This document shows, piece by piece, positions 1 through 8,328 of a stretch of 64,000 nt of DNA (position 1 is the first letter of the stretch; each line of letters starts with the position of its first letter). The translations under genes were made by a program, and so were the position numbers. The notes below the pieces were generated by a model. It worked only from the letters and a program-made list of their open reading frames with translations, ran no database searches and was not told where the DNA came from. The stretch lies in IMG/VR virus record IMGVR_UViG_3300020190_000031. The stretch is one strand, 5' to 3'. Source of the stretch: an uncultured virus (IMG/VR IMGVR_UViG_3300020190_000031). Lineage: Duplodnaviria > Heunggongvirae > Uroviricota > Caudoviricetes.

Positions 1-112
1 ACAGTGACCGGCGGCCTCGACCATCGCTCACGATCATAAGTTTTACTAATCAATCAGGGCCGACCAATCAGGATTGCTTATTGTTACAAAACTTCACAGA
101 AAAACAAACACT

Positions 113-144
113 AAAAAGCCCCTAGTACAGATGCACTAGGGGGC
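113..144 (-). terminator. Rho-independent terminator downstream of ORF 157..408
   Basis: GCCCCTAGT-N8-ACTAGGGGGC hairpin preceded by AAAAA on + (U-tract on -). Confidence 0.7.
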
Positions 145-156
145 AGTTGGTTATAT

Positions 157-408
157 TCAGTCGAGATAGATTCTCGCCTCGTTGTTCAACTCCTGCAAAG
201 TGTAGATGAAGCCGTGGCGCCTGAACATTTGCAGAATTGATGGCTCTTTGTGCTCGTAGAGCACCTTATTAGCGAAGCGGGGGAGATCTTTAAGGGGAGA
301 AACTAACAGCCAGGGAATGCCCCAGTTGATTAGGTAATAGAAGTGGAAGTTGTCGCGGACTTCCTGTAAGGAATCAAGCAAATCAAGCATCTGGGTTTGG
401 GCTTTCAT
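157..408 (-). CDS. Hypothetical early protein (83 aa)
   Basis: ATG-started ORF flanked by hairpins; no recognisable motif. Confidence 0.65.
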   Translation of the reverse strand: MKAQTQMLDLLDSLQEVRDNFHFYYLINWGIPWLLVSPLKDLPRFANKVLYEHKEPSILQMFRRHGFIYTLQELNNEARIYLD

Positions 409-472
409 GGGTCTGTGTGTTGAGTTGTTGAGTGTTAGAAACGGGCCGCGTGTGCGGCCCTAGTTGTAGAAC

Positions 473-703
473 TTAGAGAGCCACCAGATACTGGCTGGCC
501 GCCCAGGTCCATGCCTTAGCCGACTCGTACTCCCTGGCGAAGCGCCCATCAGGGCTGCCCGCATACTGCCGGGCCCGCTCAGCGGCACAGTTGGCCAGGT
601 TGATGCAATCGAGCAGGCTTATCTCGCTCATTGTGAGATCATTGCACAACCAGTCAGCGGTGACCCCGGCTGCGATCTGGGAAACGATGGTGCGGTGGTT
701 CAT
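473..703 (-). CDS. Hypothetical early protein (likely start MNHRTIV at 703)
   Basis: ORF 473..778 in track; its upstream part overlaps the promoter region, so the ATG at 703 is preferred. Confidence 0.55.
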   Translation of the reverse strand: MNHRTIVSQIAAGVTADWLCNDLTMSEISLLDCINLANCAAERARQYAGSPDGRFAREYESAKAWTWAASQYLVAL

Positions 704-780
704 GGGTCGTGCCCTTGTTGACCTCTTAATCATAGCCCATAGGCGGCCGTTCTGGCCATTCGTTACATAATGACACAATG

Positions 781-809
781 TTGACAGGCCACCCGTGGCC
801 GCCTATAGT
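781..809 (+). promoter_or_regulatory. Near-consensus sigma70 promoter
   Basis: TTGACA (781-786), 17-nt spacer, TATAGT (804-809), 25 nt upstream of ATG 835. Confidence 0.85.
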
Positions 810-834
810 GTGGGAGTACTGAAGGGCTTGCCCC

Positions 835-1065
835 ATGAAAGCATTCTTCTTAGCCTCTGCGTTCTCCTGTGGTGCGGCCCTGGCTGGCATCTTGTACGCC
901 ACCAGCATTGCCAGCCCGGCGATTCAGTCGTCGAAGCTTGATACGTTGGGCGCCTACTGTGAAGCCGGCCAGGCTGAAGCCTGCGAACTACTGGTTGCCG
1001 AGACTGGTGGGCAGTGTGCAGGGCCCGAGGGTTCCGGCTGCCGCTATGGCCTGGACATGAAGTAA
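835..1065 (+). CDS. Small secreted or membrane-anchored Cys-rich protein
   Basis: Hydrophobic N-terminus then four Cys; own promoter and downstream hairpin. Confidence 0.65.
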   Translation: MKAFFLASAFSCGAALAGILYATSIASPAIQSSKLDTLGAYCEAGQAEACELLVAETGGQCAGPEGSGCRYGLDMK

Positions 1066-1072
1066 TGTTACA

Positions 1073-1115
1073 ATCGGTGGGGTAGTACAAAGATACTCCC
1101 CCACCCCGATTTTTC
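1073..1115 (+). terminator. Terminator-like hairpin after ORF 835..1065
   Basis: ATCGGTGGGGTAGTA...TACTCCCCCACCCCGAT imperfect stem followed by a T run. Confidence 0.5.
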
Positions 1116-1300
1116 ACCTTTAATCCTCTGACAGACCCCTTTCAAAATGGCGCACAAAATCCAAAACCGAGTTTACAATTGTATTCCAACTTTAGTCTTA
1201 ATTATGTTATATGTAATGATGAGTGTGAATGTAGTTGAAGCGAGGGAGAGGGGGGAGCAGAAGTGGAGGAGTTGTTGGGTGACGAGTGGAGTGAAGAAGG

Positions 1301-1510
1301 TCAGGGTAAGGTGTTAGAGAGGTGATGAAGGGTGATAAGGATATAGGAGAGGATAGGGAGGCCTAGTAGAGCGGATGATATAGCGATACGGATTTCATGA
1401 TGACGAATTTGAGTATTAATTTGATTAATGACCCAAGAGTAAGAGGGGGAGGGTTCTTGGATTGGGTTTAGATCAGGATCAAGTCTACGGGATTGAGGAT
1501 TGGAGGTCAT
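1301..1510 (-). CDS. Hypothetical membrane protein
   Basis: 69-aa ORF with a C-terminal hydrophobic segment; tiles with neighbouring minus-strand ORFs. Confidence 0.5.
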   Translation of the reverse strand: MTSNPQSRRLDPDLNPIQEPSPSYSWVINQINTQIRHHEIRIAISSALLGLPILSYILITLHHLSNTLP

Positions 1511-1518
1511 CAGATGGA

Positions 1519-1707
1519 TTAAGCGAGGGATTTAAAGTAATCACGTTGATGAGGTGTAAGGAGGGGTAAGATTTTCAGGAGTAATTTTTTAGAATAATCA
1601 AAGCCAAGGGAGGCATCCATTTGGCGAAGGATTTGTGTTATAGCGATAGGAGATTTAGCTTGAATAGAGAGGAGGAGGGATAGTGGCAAGAGGAGGGAAG
1701 TATTCAT
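1519..1707 (-). CDS. Hypothetical protein
   Basis: 62-aa ORF, ATGA overlap with the upstream ORF. Confidence 0.55.
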   Translation of the reverse strand: MNTSLLLPLSLLLSIQAKSPIAITQILRQMDASLGFDYSKKLLLKILPLLTPHQRDYFKSLA

Positions 1708-1922
1708 TGAGGGGAGGGACCACGCCGGCGGGATTGAATAAAGGGGAGGATAGAGGAGGGATTAGCGATAGCGGATTCAAGGGCAGCTCTACCGAGTTCA
1801 GAGATAGAGATAGAGAGGGAGTTAGCGAGGGAGGCAGTATTAGAGCGAATTAATGTATCGCGAGGGGAGTTATTAGTAGTAATAAGGATGGCTGTATTAG
1901 AGCGCTGTTTGCGTGAGTTCAT
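1704..1922 (-). CDS. Possible ribbon-helix-helix DNA-binding protein
   Basis: LANSLSISISELGRAALESAI resembles RHH helices; likely start ATG at 1922. Confidence 0.4.
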   Translation of the reverse strand: MNSRKQRSNTAILITTNNSPRDTLIRSNTASLANSLSISISELGRAALESAIANPSSILPFIQSRRRGPSPQ

Positions 1923-2045
1923 ATTAACAATTGAAAGTAACAATATAATTATACCATATAGGGGGAATAATATAGGAAAACTAATCAATGACTTAAGTAG
2001 AAGCAGTTATAAATGGAATACTAGGGGTGATTATTCAGGAAGACC

Positions 2046-2450
2046 GTGGCTGTATTAAATACTGCTTTAGGTTGGGTGAATGGTGATGTTGAGAGGATAT
2101 TGATAGCTGTTGGGGTATGGATTGGACCGTATACTTTGCATGAAGCGACAGTATGTTGCAATCAGCTAGGTTTAACTAGTCCTACAATGGTGAATAGAGT
2201 AAGGACATTAGTAACGCAGTATGAGGCAGCATGTACAGCTCAAAGGGAAGCGAATGTTGGGGCTAATGCTGGGAGGGTTTTACGGAAGGCGGATGTGTTG
2301 GAGTGGGATACAGAGAATGGTGGGACAGCACATGAGGGGGCAACAAGGGAGAGAGCAAGGTGTCAGGAGGAATTAGTTCAAATATTTGGAGCGTGTCCAA
2401 TTTTATCTGTTAAAGGAACAGATGCTGTTACTGCTCTTTATAGATCATGA
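2046..2450 (+). CDS. Putative virion protein (possible head-tail adaptor)
   Basis: 134 aa with a KADVLEW motif I recall from cyanosiphovirus proteins; preceded by late motif GGAATACTA (2015-2023). Confidence 0.5.
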   Translation: MAVLNTALGWVNGDVERILIAVGVWIGPYTLHEATVCCNQLGLTSPTMVNRVRTLVTQYEAACTAQREANVGANAGRVLRKADVLEWDTENGGTAHEGATRERARCQEELVQIFGACPILSVKGTDAVTALYRS

Positions 2451-2620
2451 AAACGCATCCTGAAATGCCCGAATCGATTAATGAAATCATTGGCTTTGTA
2501 AATAGAGAAGAGATGATTGATGTATGGTGTACAAATTGTAAGGCATTTCGTAAGGCAAATGCAAAGTATGCAAAATATTTAAACGGAGAGATTAGTAGCT
2601 GTAGACATTGTAGGGATTGA
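2447..2620 (+). CDS. Small Zn-finger-like protein (57 aa, not in ORF track)
   Basis: MKTHPEM...WCTNC...SCRHCRD; two CxxC; ATGA overlap with the upstream gene. Confidence 0.6.
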   Translation: MKTHPEMPESINEIIGFVNREEMIDVWCTNCKAFRKANAKYAKYLNGEISSCRHCRD

Positions 2621-2907
2621 ATAATACAGGATATTGGGATGTATTATTTTTAATAGTGATTGGTGTCACTATTGTAGGTTTATTAGTACAATGGCATTTT
2701 ATTGAGGAGTGTTATTTAGGGTATTCAAGAAATCCCAAAGTAAAACATCCTGAATTAAATCATGTTAATGCAGGAGACTCTTTGATGTCTGTGCAATTAA
2801 GAGATGAAGATATAAATGAATTACAAAAGAAGGTATTACAATTAAAGATGAGAGAATTATTTGAGGAACCGAGTCGATATGAGGATGAGGACGAAGAAGA
2901 ATGGTGA
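2617..2907 (+). CDS. DUF2973-like membrane protein
   Basis: N-terminal TM helix, KHPEL motif, acidic tail. Confidence 0.5.
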   Translation: MNNTGYWDVLFLIVIGVTIVGLLVQWHFIEECYLGYSRNPKVKHPELNHVNAGDSLMSVQLRDEDINELQKKVLQLKMRELFEEPSRYEDEDEEEW

Positions 2908-2936
2908 GAGAATAACGCAACAAAAAAGGATTGGCA

Positions 2937-3110
2937 TTAATAATCCACGGAGGGAGTGTATAGGAGTTGAGGGAGCTCAACCAATTCAATAGAGGTAGAA
3001 GTTGGAGCAGACATAAGTCTCATAATGATGCGTGTTTTATCGTGTTCTGATAATTCGCCTGTTTGCATCCACTTAAGGGTTGACAGGGTGATTGGATCAC
3101 TTGATTTCAT
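2937..3110 (-). CDS. Small hypothetical protein (57 aa, not in ORF track)
   Basis: MKSSDPITLSTLKWMQTGELSEHDKTRII... fills the intergenic gap. Confidence 0.45.
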   Translation of the reverse strand: MKSSDPITLSTLKWMQTGELSEHDKTRIIMRLMSAPTSTSIELVELPQLLYTPSVDY

Positions 3111-3342
3111 GGGATGAGGGCGAAGAAGAAATGCACAAGATCAAAAGATGTGCAAAGGTAGGACTTGAATAAGACAGATTGAACTGCCTGTACAAGTCAA
3201 CCGGTTCCTTTGAGCACTCAGGTTAGGGTATGAGGACAAGGGTTTCAAGGTTTCTTTGGGATCATTTTATTTTTAAAAATATTTAAGATTTTAATGGTTG
3301 CCAGTTAACAGGGGTTGCGTACTGTACTGCGGGACGAGCCGG

Positions 3343-3367
3343 GCCACCGCCAACCCGGTGGCTTTTT
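3343..3367 (+). terminator. Rho-independent terminator
   Basis: GCCACCG-N6-CGGTGGC-TTTTT. Confidence 0.7.
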
Positions 3368-3379
3368 CTTCCCACAACC

Positions 3380-3751
3380 GTGTTACTTAAGGAGAGGGTC
3401 GAGATGAGCAAGGACAACCTGTTGATCAGCTACACAACGACAGAGAATAGGATTCATGGATTGGAGGACTCAATTTGTGATTATAAGTTGCAAATTGAAA
3501 TTGATCCAAGTGATATGTCAGCGTATCAACTGTTTGGTATATTCGAGAAGCTTTTATATGTACTCGGTTACAGCGAACATTCAATTGTTAATGGAGCATG
3601 TAATCTAGCTTTCAATGATATGCGTGATATAGAGTTGATGAATGAGATGTGTGAAAAGTATGGATTGTTCAGTGGGCCAAAGCAAGCAGAACGATCCAAA
3701 AAGCATAAAAAGATGCATAATTCTGTAAACTATAAGAGCGAATCAAACTAA
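3380..3751 (+). CDS. Hypothetical protein
   Basis: ORF at the head of an operon-like run; start may be a downstream ATG. Confidence 0.65.
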   Translation: MLLKERVEMSKDNLLISYTTTENRIHGLEDSICDYKLQIEIDPSDMSAYQLFGIFEKLLYVLGYSEHSIVNGACNLAFNDMRDIELMNEMCEKYGLFSGPKQAERSKKHKKMHNSVNYKSESN

Positions 3752-3755
3752 GGTT

Positions 3756-4082
3756 ATGAACCAGTTTGAATATTTATTTGGACATGCGATACCAACTGGT
3801 TGGCAAACGGTTCGATCTACATTTAATGTATGGAAGGATTTGATGACTAATAATTTTGATGGTTATAAGTTACTAAAGGACGATGATCCTTTTAAGGAAT
3901 GTTATGAATGGTTTTGGCAACTTCTTGGGGAAGATAATGTAATTCCAAAATCGTTTCTAGAACATTTACAGGAAATTATCAGGAGAATTGATGCTGGTGA
4001 GGAGAAATTGATTTATTTTAATTTAGATGATGATAAGACCTTTGAGCAAATAATGGAGTGTGAGTCAAATGGGAATGTTTGA
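3756..4082 (+). CDS. Hypothetical protein
   Basis: 108-aa ORF, tightly packed. Confidence 0.7.
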   Translation: MNQFEYLFGHAIPTGWQTVRSTFNVWKDLMTNNFDGYKLLKDDDPFKECYEWFWQLLGEDNVIPKSFLEHLQEIIRRIDAGEEKLIYFNLDDDKTFEQIMECESNGNV

Positions 4083-4488
4083 TTATTTCTACTCATCCTA
4101 TGATTTAGGTAGTGAGTTTACTAATGTCGAGTGTCAGACAAAGGATATCGATGATTGGATGTGTGGGACAATGAGCTTTTACTGGCTTGATCCTGCCGGC
4201 CGGCTATTTGAAACAACGTATAATAAGACCCATGAATTTGAGAAGATAAAAGAAGGTGACCCGAAATATTCTTACAAAAGTCCCATGTTTAATTTCCAAT
4301 GGATACCTACCGGAAAGCATGGTATCGTGAAGCCCTGTCGACTGACAAAGTATATACATGTTTATCCAGCGGTATTCAAAGGACAATGGAAGAACTGGCC
4401 GGAACTCAAAATACACTTCCTGGATGGTAAAATGATGGGGTATACAAGGATTAGTAGATATGAACATCATAAAAATTCAACGCATTGA
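4060..4488 (+). CDS. Phage hypothetical protein (MGMFD...QTKD type)
   Basis: MGMFDY and CQTKD motifs that I recall from a widespread phage family. Confidence 0.7.
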   Translation: MSQMGMFDYFYSSYDLGSEFTNVECQTKDIDDWMCGTMSFYWLDPAGRLFETTYNKTHEFEKIKEGDPKYSYKSPMFNFQWIPTGKHGIVKPCRLTKYIHVYPAVFKGQWKNWPELKIHFLDGKMMGYTRISRYEHHKNSTH

Positions 4489-4696
4489 AGACTTCGGCGA
4501 AGATTACTACATTCGACTACTGACTGTTGGCAAATACAGCCTTGTAACATTTATTTTTTCATGGAGTAACTGGTCATCTGGGCCGTATTTTCAAATCGCG
4601 GGTGGATTAAATAGCATTTTTTATGCAATGTTTTGGATTGGACGACTTGGGTTGGAGGTCAGAATCCTTGATCAAGATTACCGTATTAAGAATTAA
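4460..4696 (+). CDS. Hypothetical protein
   Basis: 78-aa ORF overlapping the previous gene. Confidence 0.55.
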   Translation: MNIIKIQRIEDFGEDYYIRLLTVGKYSLVTFIFSWSNWSSGPYFQIAGGLNSIFYAMFWIGRLGLEVRILDQDYRIKN

Positions 4697-4786
4697 TTAA
4701 GATCTCTTGAGTGTGTCTGGGTTCGCGTAAAAAACCCGCCCCTAGCGGGATACCAGCATATATTTAGCTTGATTCTTTAAAAATCA

Positions 4787-5179
4787 ATGTCCGCCCAAGC
4801 ACCAAAAAAGCTAAAAAATCCGCGCAAACAGATTGGCGCCGAGATTTTAAGTCGTTTACCAACTTACCGTTTTGAAAATGAAGGCCAGGTTCCTGTTACC
4901 TGTGCGAGGATGCATGTTAAATTAGAAAAAATCAAGTCACCAGCCATAATAATAATACGCAGAAATAAGCACACGATTGATCGTTTTTATTTATCAAAAA
5001 ATGGGATGTTTAGTGCAGATTACGCCGAGTACAATTATTTTAATTTTTTTGAATTAAGGGAATTATTACAAAAGCTAGTTCAACAGGGTGAGATTCGAGC
5101 TGAACTGCAACAACATTGCATCTTATCATTAGCAAATCATGTATATGAGAAATATAATTATGAATTCGCGTGGGTATAG
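4787..5179 (+). CDS. Hypothetical protein
   Basis: 130-aa ORF. Confidence 0.65.
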   Translation: MSAQAPKKLKNPRKQIGAEILSRLPTYRFENEGQVPVTCARMHVKLEKIKSPAIIIIRRNKHTIDRFYLSKNGMFSADYAEYNYFNFFELRELLQKLVQQGEIRAELQQHCILSLANHVYEKYNYEFAWV

Positions 5180-5302
5180 TTAAAATTTATCTTCATTTCT
5201 GGCTAGCATATAGCCAATTACAATCCCGCAGGTTAGGGCAATAGTCATATAAAGAAATTTTGCTACCGAGTCAATCAACTCAGAGTAAGGGATAGAGTGC
5301 AT
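5180..5302 (-). CDS. Small single-TM protein (40 aa, not in ORF track)
   Basis: MHSIPYSELIDSVAKFLYMTIALTCGIVIGYMLARNEDKF. Confidence 0.45.
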   Translation of the reverse strand: MHSIPYSELIDSVAKFLYMTIALTCGIVIGYMLARNEDKF

Positions 5303-5362
5303 ACGTGGTTCAGCTAACCTTTATAGTATGTGGTAAGATAACAAGGCATGCATCAATCTTGA

Positions 5363-5578
5363 TTGTGGAGATCGCAGGAGATGACACTAGAAGTTATTGA
5401 GACTGAAACAGGATTCGAAGTTACTTGGGATCCGGATGATCCCGTGGAGAGTGTTTTCAACGATTGGAGTGCAGAAGATTTTATGAGAATTGTTCTTGAA
5501 TATGCAAATTCTGTGATTGAAGATCACAATAGTAAGATTGATGAGACTCAACTTGAGACAGATTTTATGGCAAAATAA
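5363..5578 (+). CDS. Small acidic protein, paralog of 52972..53139
   Basis: LEVIETETGFEVTWDPDDP..FNDWSAEDF motif. Confidence 0.65.
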   Translation: MWRSQEMTLEVIETETGFEVTWDPDDPVESVFNDWSAEDFMRIVLEYANSVIEDHNSKIDETQLETDFMAK

Positions 5579-5582
5579 ATTA

Positions 5583-5677
5583 CGTTCATTCGCTATTTGC
5601 GAATAGCGAACGGAAGTAAGCCGACGCGGAACGGGTCGTTCATCGGGTAACCGACGCAAACGCCGACTGAAGGAACG
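5583..5677 (+). ncRNA. Tandem glutamine riboswitch (glnA/Downstream-peptide class)
   Basis: Two units each opening CGTTCA and closing GGAACG; unit 1 has a hairpin plus CGGAAGTAAG, unit 2 has a hairpin plus CCGACTGAAGGAACG; lies upstream of a YRG peptide. Confidence 0.8.
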
Positions 5678-5706
5678 CTCTTTAACCTCGTTAGGGAGAT
5701 CCTGTC

Positions 5707-5862
5707 ATGTCAATTGCAACGTATCGCGGTGTCAAATATGACACTGATATTCCTAAACAGGAATATGCACGATGGTGGAATAAGATCCATCACGACGCTT
5801 CCAAGCATCTTGTGTACCGTGGGCTAGGCTATCGTCCAGTTCAGACATCACAACAGTCGTAA
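5707..5862 (+). CDS. DUF4278-family YRG peptide (51 aa, not in ORF track)
   Basis: MSIATYRGVKYD...LVYRGLGY; GGGAG RBS; TAATG coupling to the next ORF. Confidence 0.8.
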   Translation: MSIATYRGVKYDTDIPKQEYARWWNKIHHDASKHLVYRGLGYRPVQTSQQS

Positions 5863-6062
5863 TGCCACTTCTAAAACGATGGGAAAGGCCGTCAGAAGGC
5901 CCTAGGCGTAATGACAAAAGCCGTCAGGCCTCAGCACGCTTAAGGCAAATCAAAAAGGCCACAAAGACCCAAATGAAGCGGCTCCGGGAACGGGGCCGTT
6001 TTTATTTTAAGGAGCGCTCCCCGGATTCGAACCGGGCTTTCCAGGCTATGTGCCTGGCGTGA
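5862..6062 (+). CDS. Small basic hypothetical protein
   Basis: Translationally coupled start; 3' part overlaps the terminator and the antisense tRNA-like element. Confidence 0.45.
   Translation: MPLLKRWERPSEGPRRNDKSRQASARLRQIKKATKTQMKRLRERGRFYFKERSPDSNRAFQAMCLA
5978..6008. terminator. Intrinsic terminator, possibly bidirectional
   Basis: GCGGCTCCG-GGAA-CGGGGCCGT followed by TTTTATTTT. Confidence 0.65.
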
Positions 6063-6080
6063 ACCTTCCACTTAAGCGCC
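6012..6080 (-). ncRNA. tRNA-like RNA or atypical tRNA (CAT in anticodon position)
   Basis: Cloverleaf GGCGCTT-AA-GTGGAAGGTTCAC-G-CCAGG CACATAG CCTGG-AAAG-CCCGG TTCGAAT CCGGG-GAGCGCT-C; lacks U8 and U33. Confidence 0.7.
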
Positions 6081-6089
6081 TTGGAGCGA

Positions 6090-6623
6090 TTACATTATAC
6101 CAAAATCTTGAAGTTGTTTGCGGACAAGATTCCAAGAAATTGGTGTGTAATTGATATTTTCTACACAAACATTAAAGTAACGTGGATCAGGTAGCCCTGT
6201 TTTTTCTTCTGGCACAAGACGGAAATGTAAATGCCCGTGAATATTTGCGCTATATCGCTTCAAATTGACAGGATGAATTGGAATATGAGTCAATATGGCT
6301 TTGTCAAGGTAATGACAGCCACGGATATCTTTAAAATATGGTAAATAATCTCCAATTTTAAAAATATCATGATTGCCTCTAATAAGAATCTTTGTACCAT
6401 TTAACTTTGCAAGCCACTTTAATGAATGTCTGGGTATGGCAACATCGCCAAGCATGTAGACCTTATCTTTTTCTGTTACGGTTCGATTCCAATTATCAAC
6501 CAGGGCTTGATTCATTTCTTCTACATCATTCCAAGGCCTTAGAGGAGATCCGTCGTCACGACAAAACTTACACACATTAGTGTGACCAAAATGAGTATCA
6601 GAGATTAAAAATGTTTCAGCCAT
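6090..6623 (-). CDS. Calcineurin-like metallophosphoesterase
   Basis: SDTHFGH, LGD, GNHD, THIP and HGHLH motifs; extended -10 TGGTAGAAT upstream on the minus strand. Confidence 0.9.
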   Translation of the reverse strand: MAETFLISDTHFGHTNVCKFCRDDGSPLRPWNDVEEMNQALVDNWNRTVTEKDKVYMLGDVAIPRHSLKWLAKLNGTKILIRGNHDIFKIGDYLPYFKDIRGCHYLDKAILTHIPIHPVNLKRYSANIHGHLHFRLVPEEKTGLPDPRYFNVCVENINYTPISWNLVRKQLQDFGIM

Positions 6624-6672
6624 AGGCTTATTCTACCACCATCGGCAATCTAGCCTAGGGTTTTTATTAGGC

Positions 6673-7182
6673 ATGGCAAGTCCGCTTTTAGAATTTGCAA
6701 ATGCCTATGTGCTAATTACAACTTCTGATACAGTTCATAGAAACGAGGAAGGCAGGTTTTATGTTAACGAAACGGCCTATAAAGTAGTTAGAGCATATAT
6801 GCAAAGAGTTCAATATACGGGCGTTACATCAGGATCAAGAAAGATTCCACTAGCCTCAGAACTAAATGGTGAGATGCTGCCGGGCGCTAGCGGTGATGAA
6901 TTCTACTATCGTGGATATGCATTAGAATATACAACGCTTCTTAATACTGCGCCATTTCTGACTAATGATTTAGAAAGTTTGCCTTTTGTCCAAATCACGG
7001 GGACTGAAACATTTTTAAGACCGCAAAAGGAAGTAAAATTTAGATTTGGTACTCAAGCCCCAATGAAAGCCACAATTCAGAGATCGAATGGTAAGTTTGG
7101 CGGTGAAGGCATTGATCAAATTATCTATGAATCAATTGGTGGAGTTGAATTTCAGCTCACGGGTGCAGAGGTTTTAAACTAA
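6673..7182 (+). CDS. Putative head-closure/virion protein
   Basis: First gene of the neck/tail module; late motif GGCAATCTA 6644-6652. Confidence 0.55.
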   Translation: MASPLLEFANAYVLITTSDTVHRNEEGRFYVNETAYKVVRAYMQRVQYTGVTSGSRKIPLASELNGEMLPGASGDEFYYRGYALEYTTLLNTAPFLTNDLESLPFVQITGTETFLRPQKEVKFRFGTQAPMKATIQRSNGKFGGEGIDQIIYESIGGVEFQLTGAEVLN

Positions 7183-7730
7183 TGGCCAAAGGCTTTGATA
7201 AAGTCATTAAAAACCTGAACGATCTTGAAAAAACTTTAAGGTTAATGTCAAAACTAAAATCTGCCAAGGATACTATAGCGTTCGGCTTTTCGGTTGATAT
7301 TTTTGATACAGTAGAACAGTTAAAGAAAGCAATTAATATTATGGAGAAAAAATCAAAGAATTTAGAAGAAGCTCACCATCTTGCAATGGAGGTGGTTGCG
7401 TTAAAACTAAAAAAAGCCTTAGATGCTGCAATGGATGCAGAGGTATGGCAATGGATCGATGATACAAGAGATATTATTGATACTGGTGCATTGAAAAATT
7501 CAGGAAGAGTCACTTACAATCGCTCATCAAGAAGTCTTTCAATTTTGTATGCAGAGGAGTATGCAGGAATTGTTCATTATGGTGGATATATAAATTCAGG
7601 ATACAACGCAGATGTACAAATTTATTATCCAGCACGCCCATGGATCGAATCAACAATTAGGGGTGAAAATGGCATACAGAAGTTTCCGATTGGCGAAATT
7701 TATTTGACTGAATTTAAGAAACACATTTAA
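7182..7730 (+). CDS. Neck/tail-completion protein (HK97 gp10-like)
   Basis: IDTGALKNSG, YAGIVHYG and PARPW motifs. Confidence 0.75.
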   Translation: MAKGFDKVIKNLNDLEKTLRLMSKLKSAKDTIAFGFSVDIFDTVEQLKKAINIMEKKSKNLEEAHHLAMEVVALKLKKALDAAMDAEVWQWIDDTRDIIDTGALKNSGRVTYNRSSRSLSILYAEEYAGIVHYGGYINSGYNADVQIYYPARPWIESTIRGENGIQKFPIGEIYLTEFKKHI

Positions 7731-7761
7731 GGTTGGCATACTATTGGGCTGCAGTTTCCAT

Positions 7762-8328
7762 ATGAAATCTCTTCCCTTTGTTGTCAAGCCCAAGAAAGTT
7801 TTTTCTAAAGTACAATTGGGCAATGAATCCATCGGGATTTTTGAGATTGAGAAGCGAGGTTATTTAACAGTAAGCGAAAAAAGTTTTGTTGACTCTGTGA
7901 TGCAAGGCAGCGATGCCGTGACATTAATCGTTGCACTTGCTACTCGCATTGGATCAAAAACTAATCATACTATTGAGGATACTTACAAAGCAATCATTGC
8001 TGCGATTCAAGGTGGCGATATTGATGCTTATGCAGAAAGAATCAAGGAGGATTATCAAGCAGAGCTAGCGGACATTGTCGGACAGATGGGTGACTCTGTG
8101 CAACGCAGAGCTCTTGCGGCGGCTACAGTCATGATCAAATCAAGAGTTGATCCCGAATGGACGGTTGAAGATACGTTAGAGCAGCATCCTGACATGATCA
8201 ATATTATTTCCGAGTTTTACGGTGAAGAAGAGCTTGGTGATGTGGTAAGCAAGGAAGATGAGGCACCCACTGAAGAGACTATTGAAGAAACTGTGGGAAA
8301 GTCCGAAGAGGCGAATGGGGCCGCCTAA
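7762..8328 (+). CDS. Tail assembly chaperone (gpG-like)
   Basis: Ends shortly after slippery G GGA AAG (8295-8301); ATG 7762 follows late motif 7735-7743. Confidence 0.75.
   Translation: MKSLPFVVKPKKVFSKVQLGNESIGIFEIEKRGYLTVSEKSFVDSVMQGSDAVTLIVALATRIGSKTNHTIEDTYKAIIAAIQGGDIDAYAERIKEDYQAELADIVGQMGDSVQRRALAAATVMIKSRVDPEWTVEDTLEQHPDMINIISEFYGEEELGDVVSKEDEAPTEETIEETVGKSEEANGAA

Noticed and set aside
1082..1096. GTA...TAC as an NtcA site
   Set aside because: Spacing is N9 or N6, not N8; better explained as part of a hairpin
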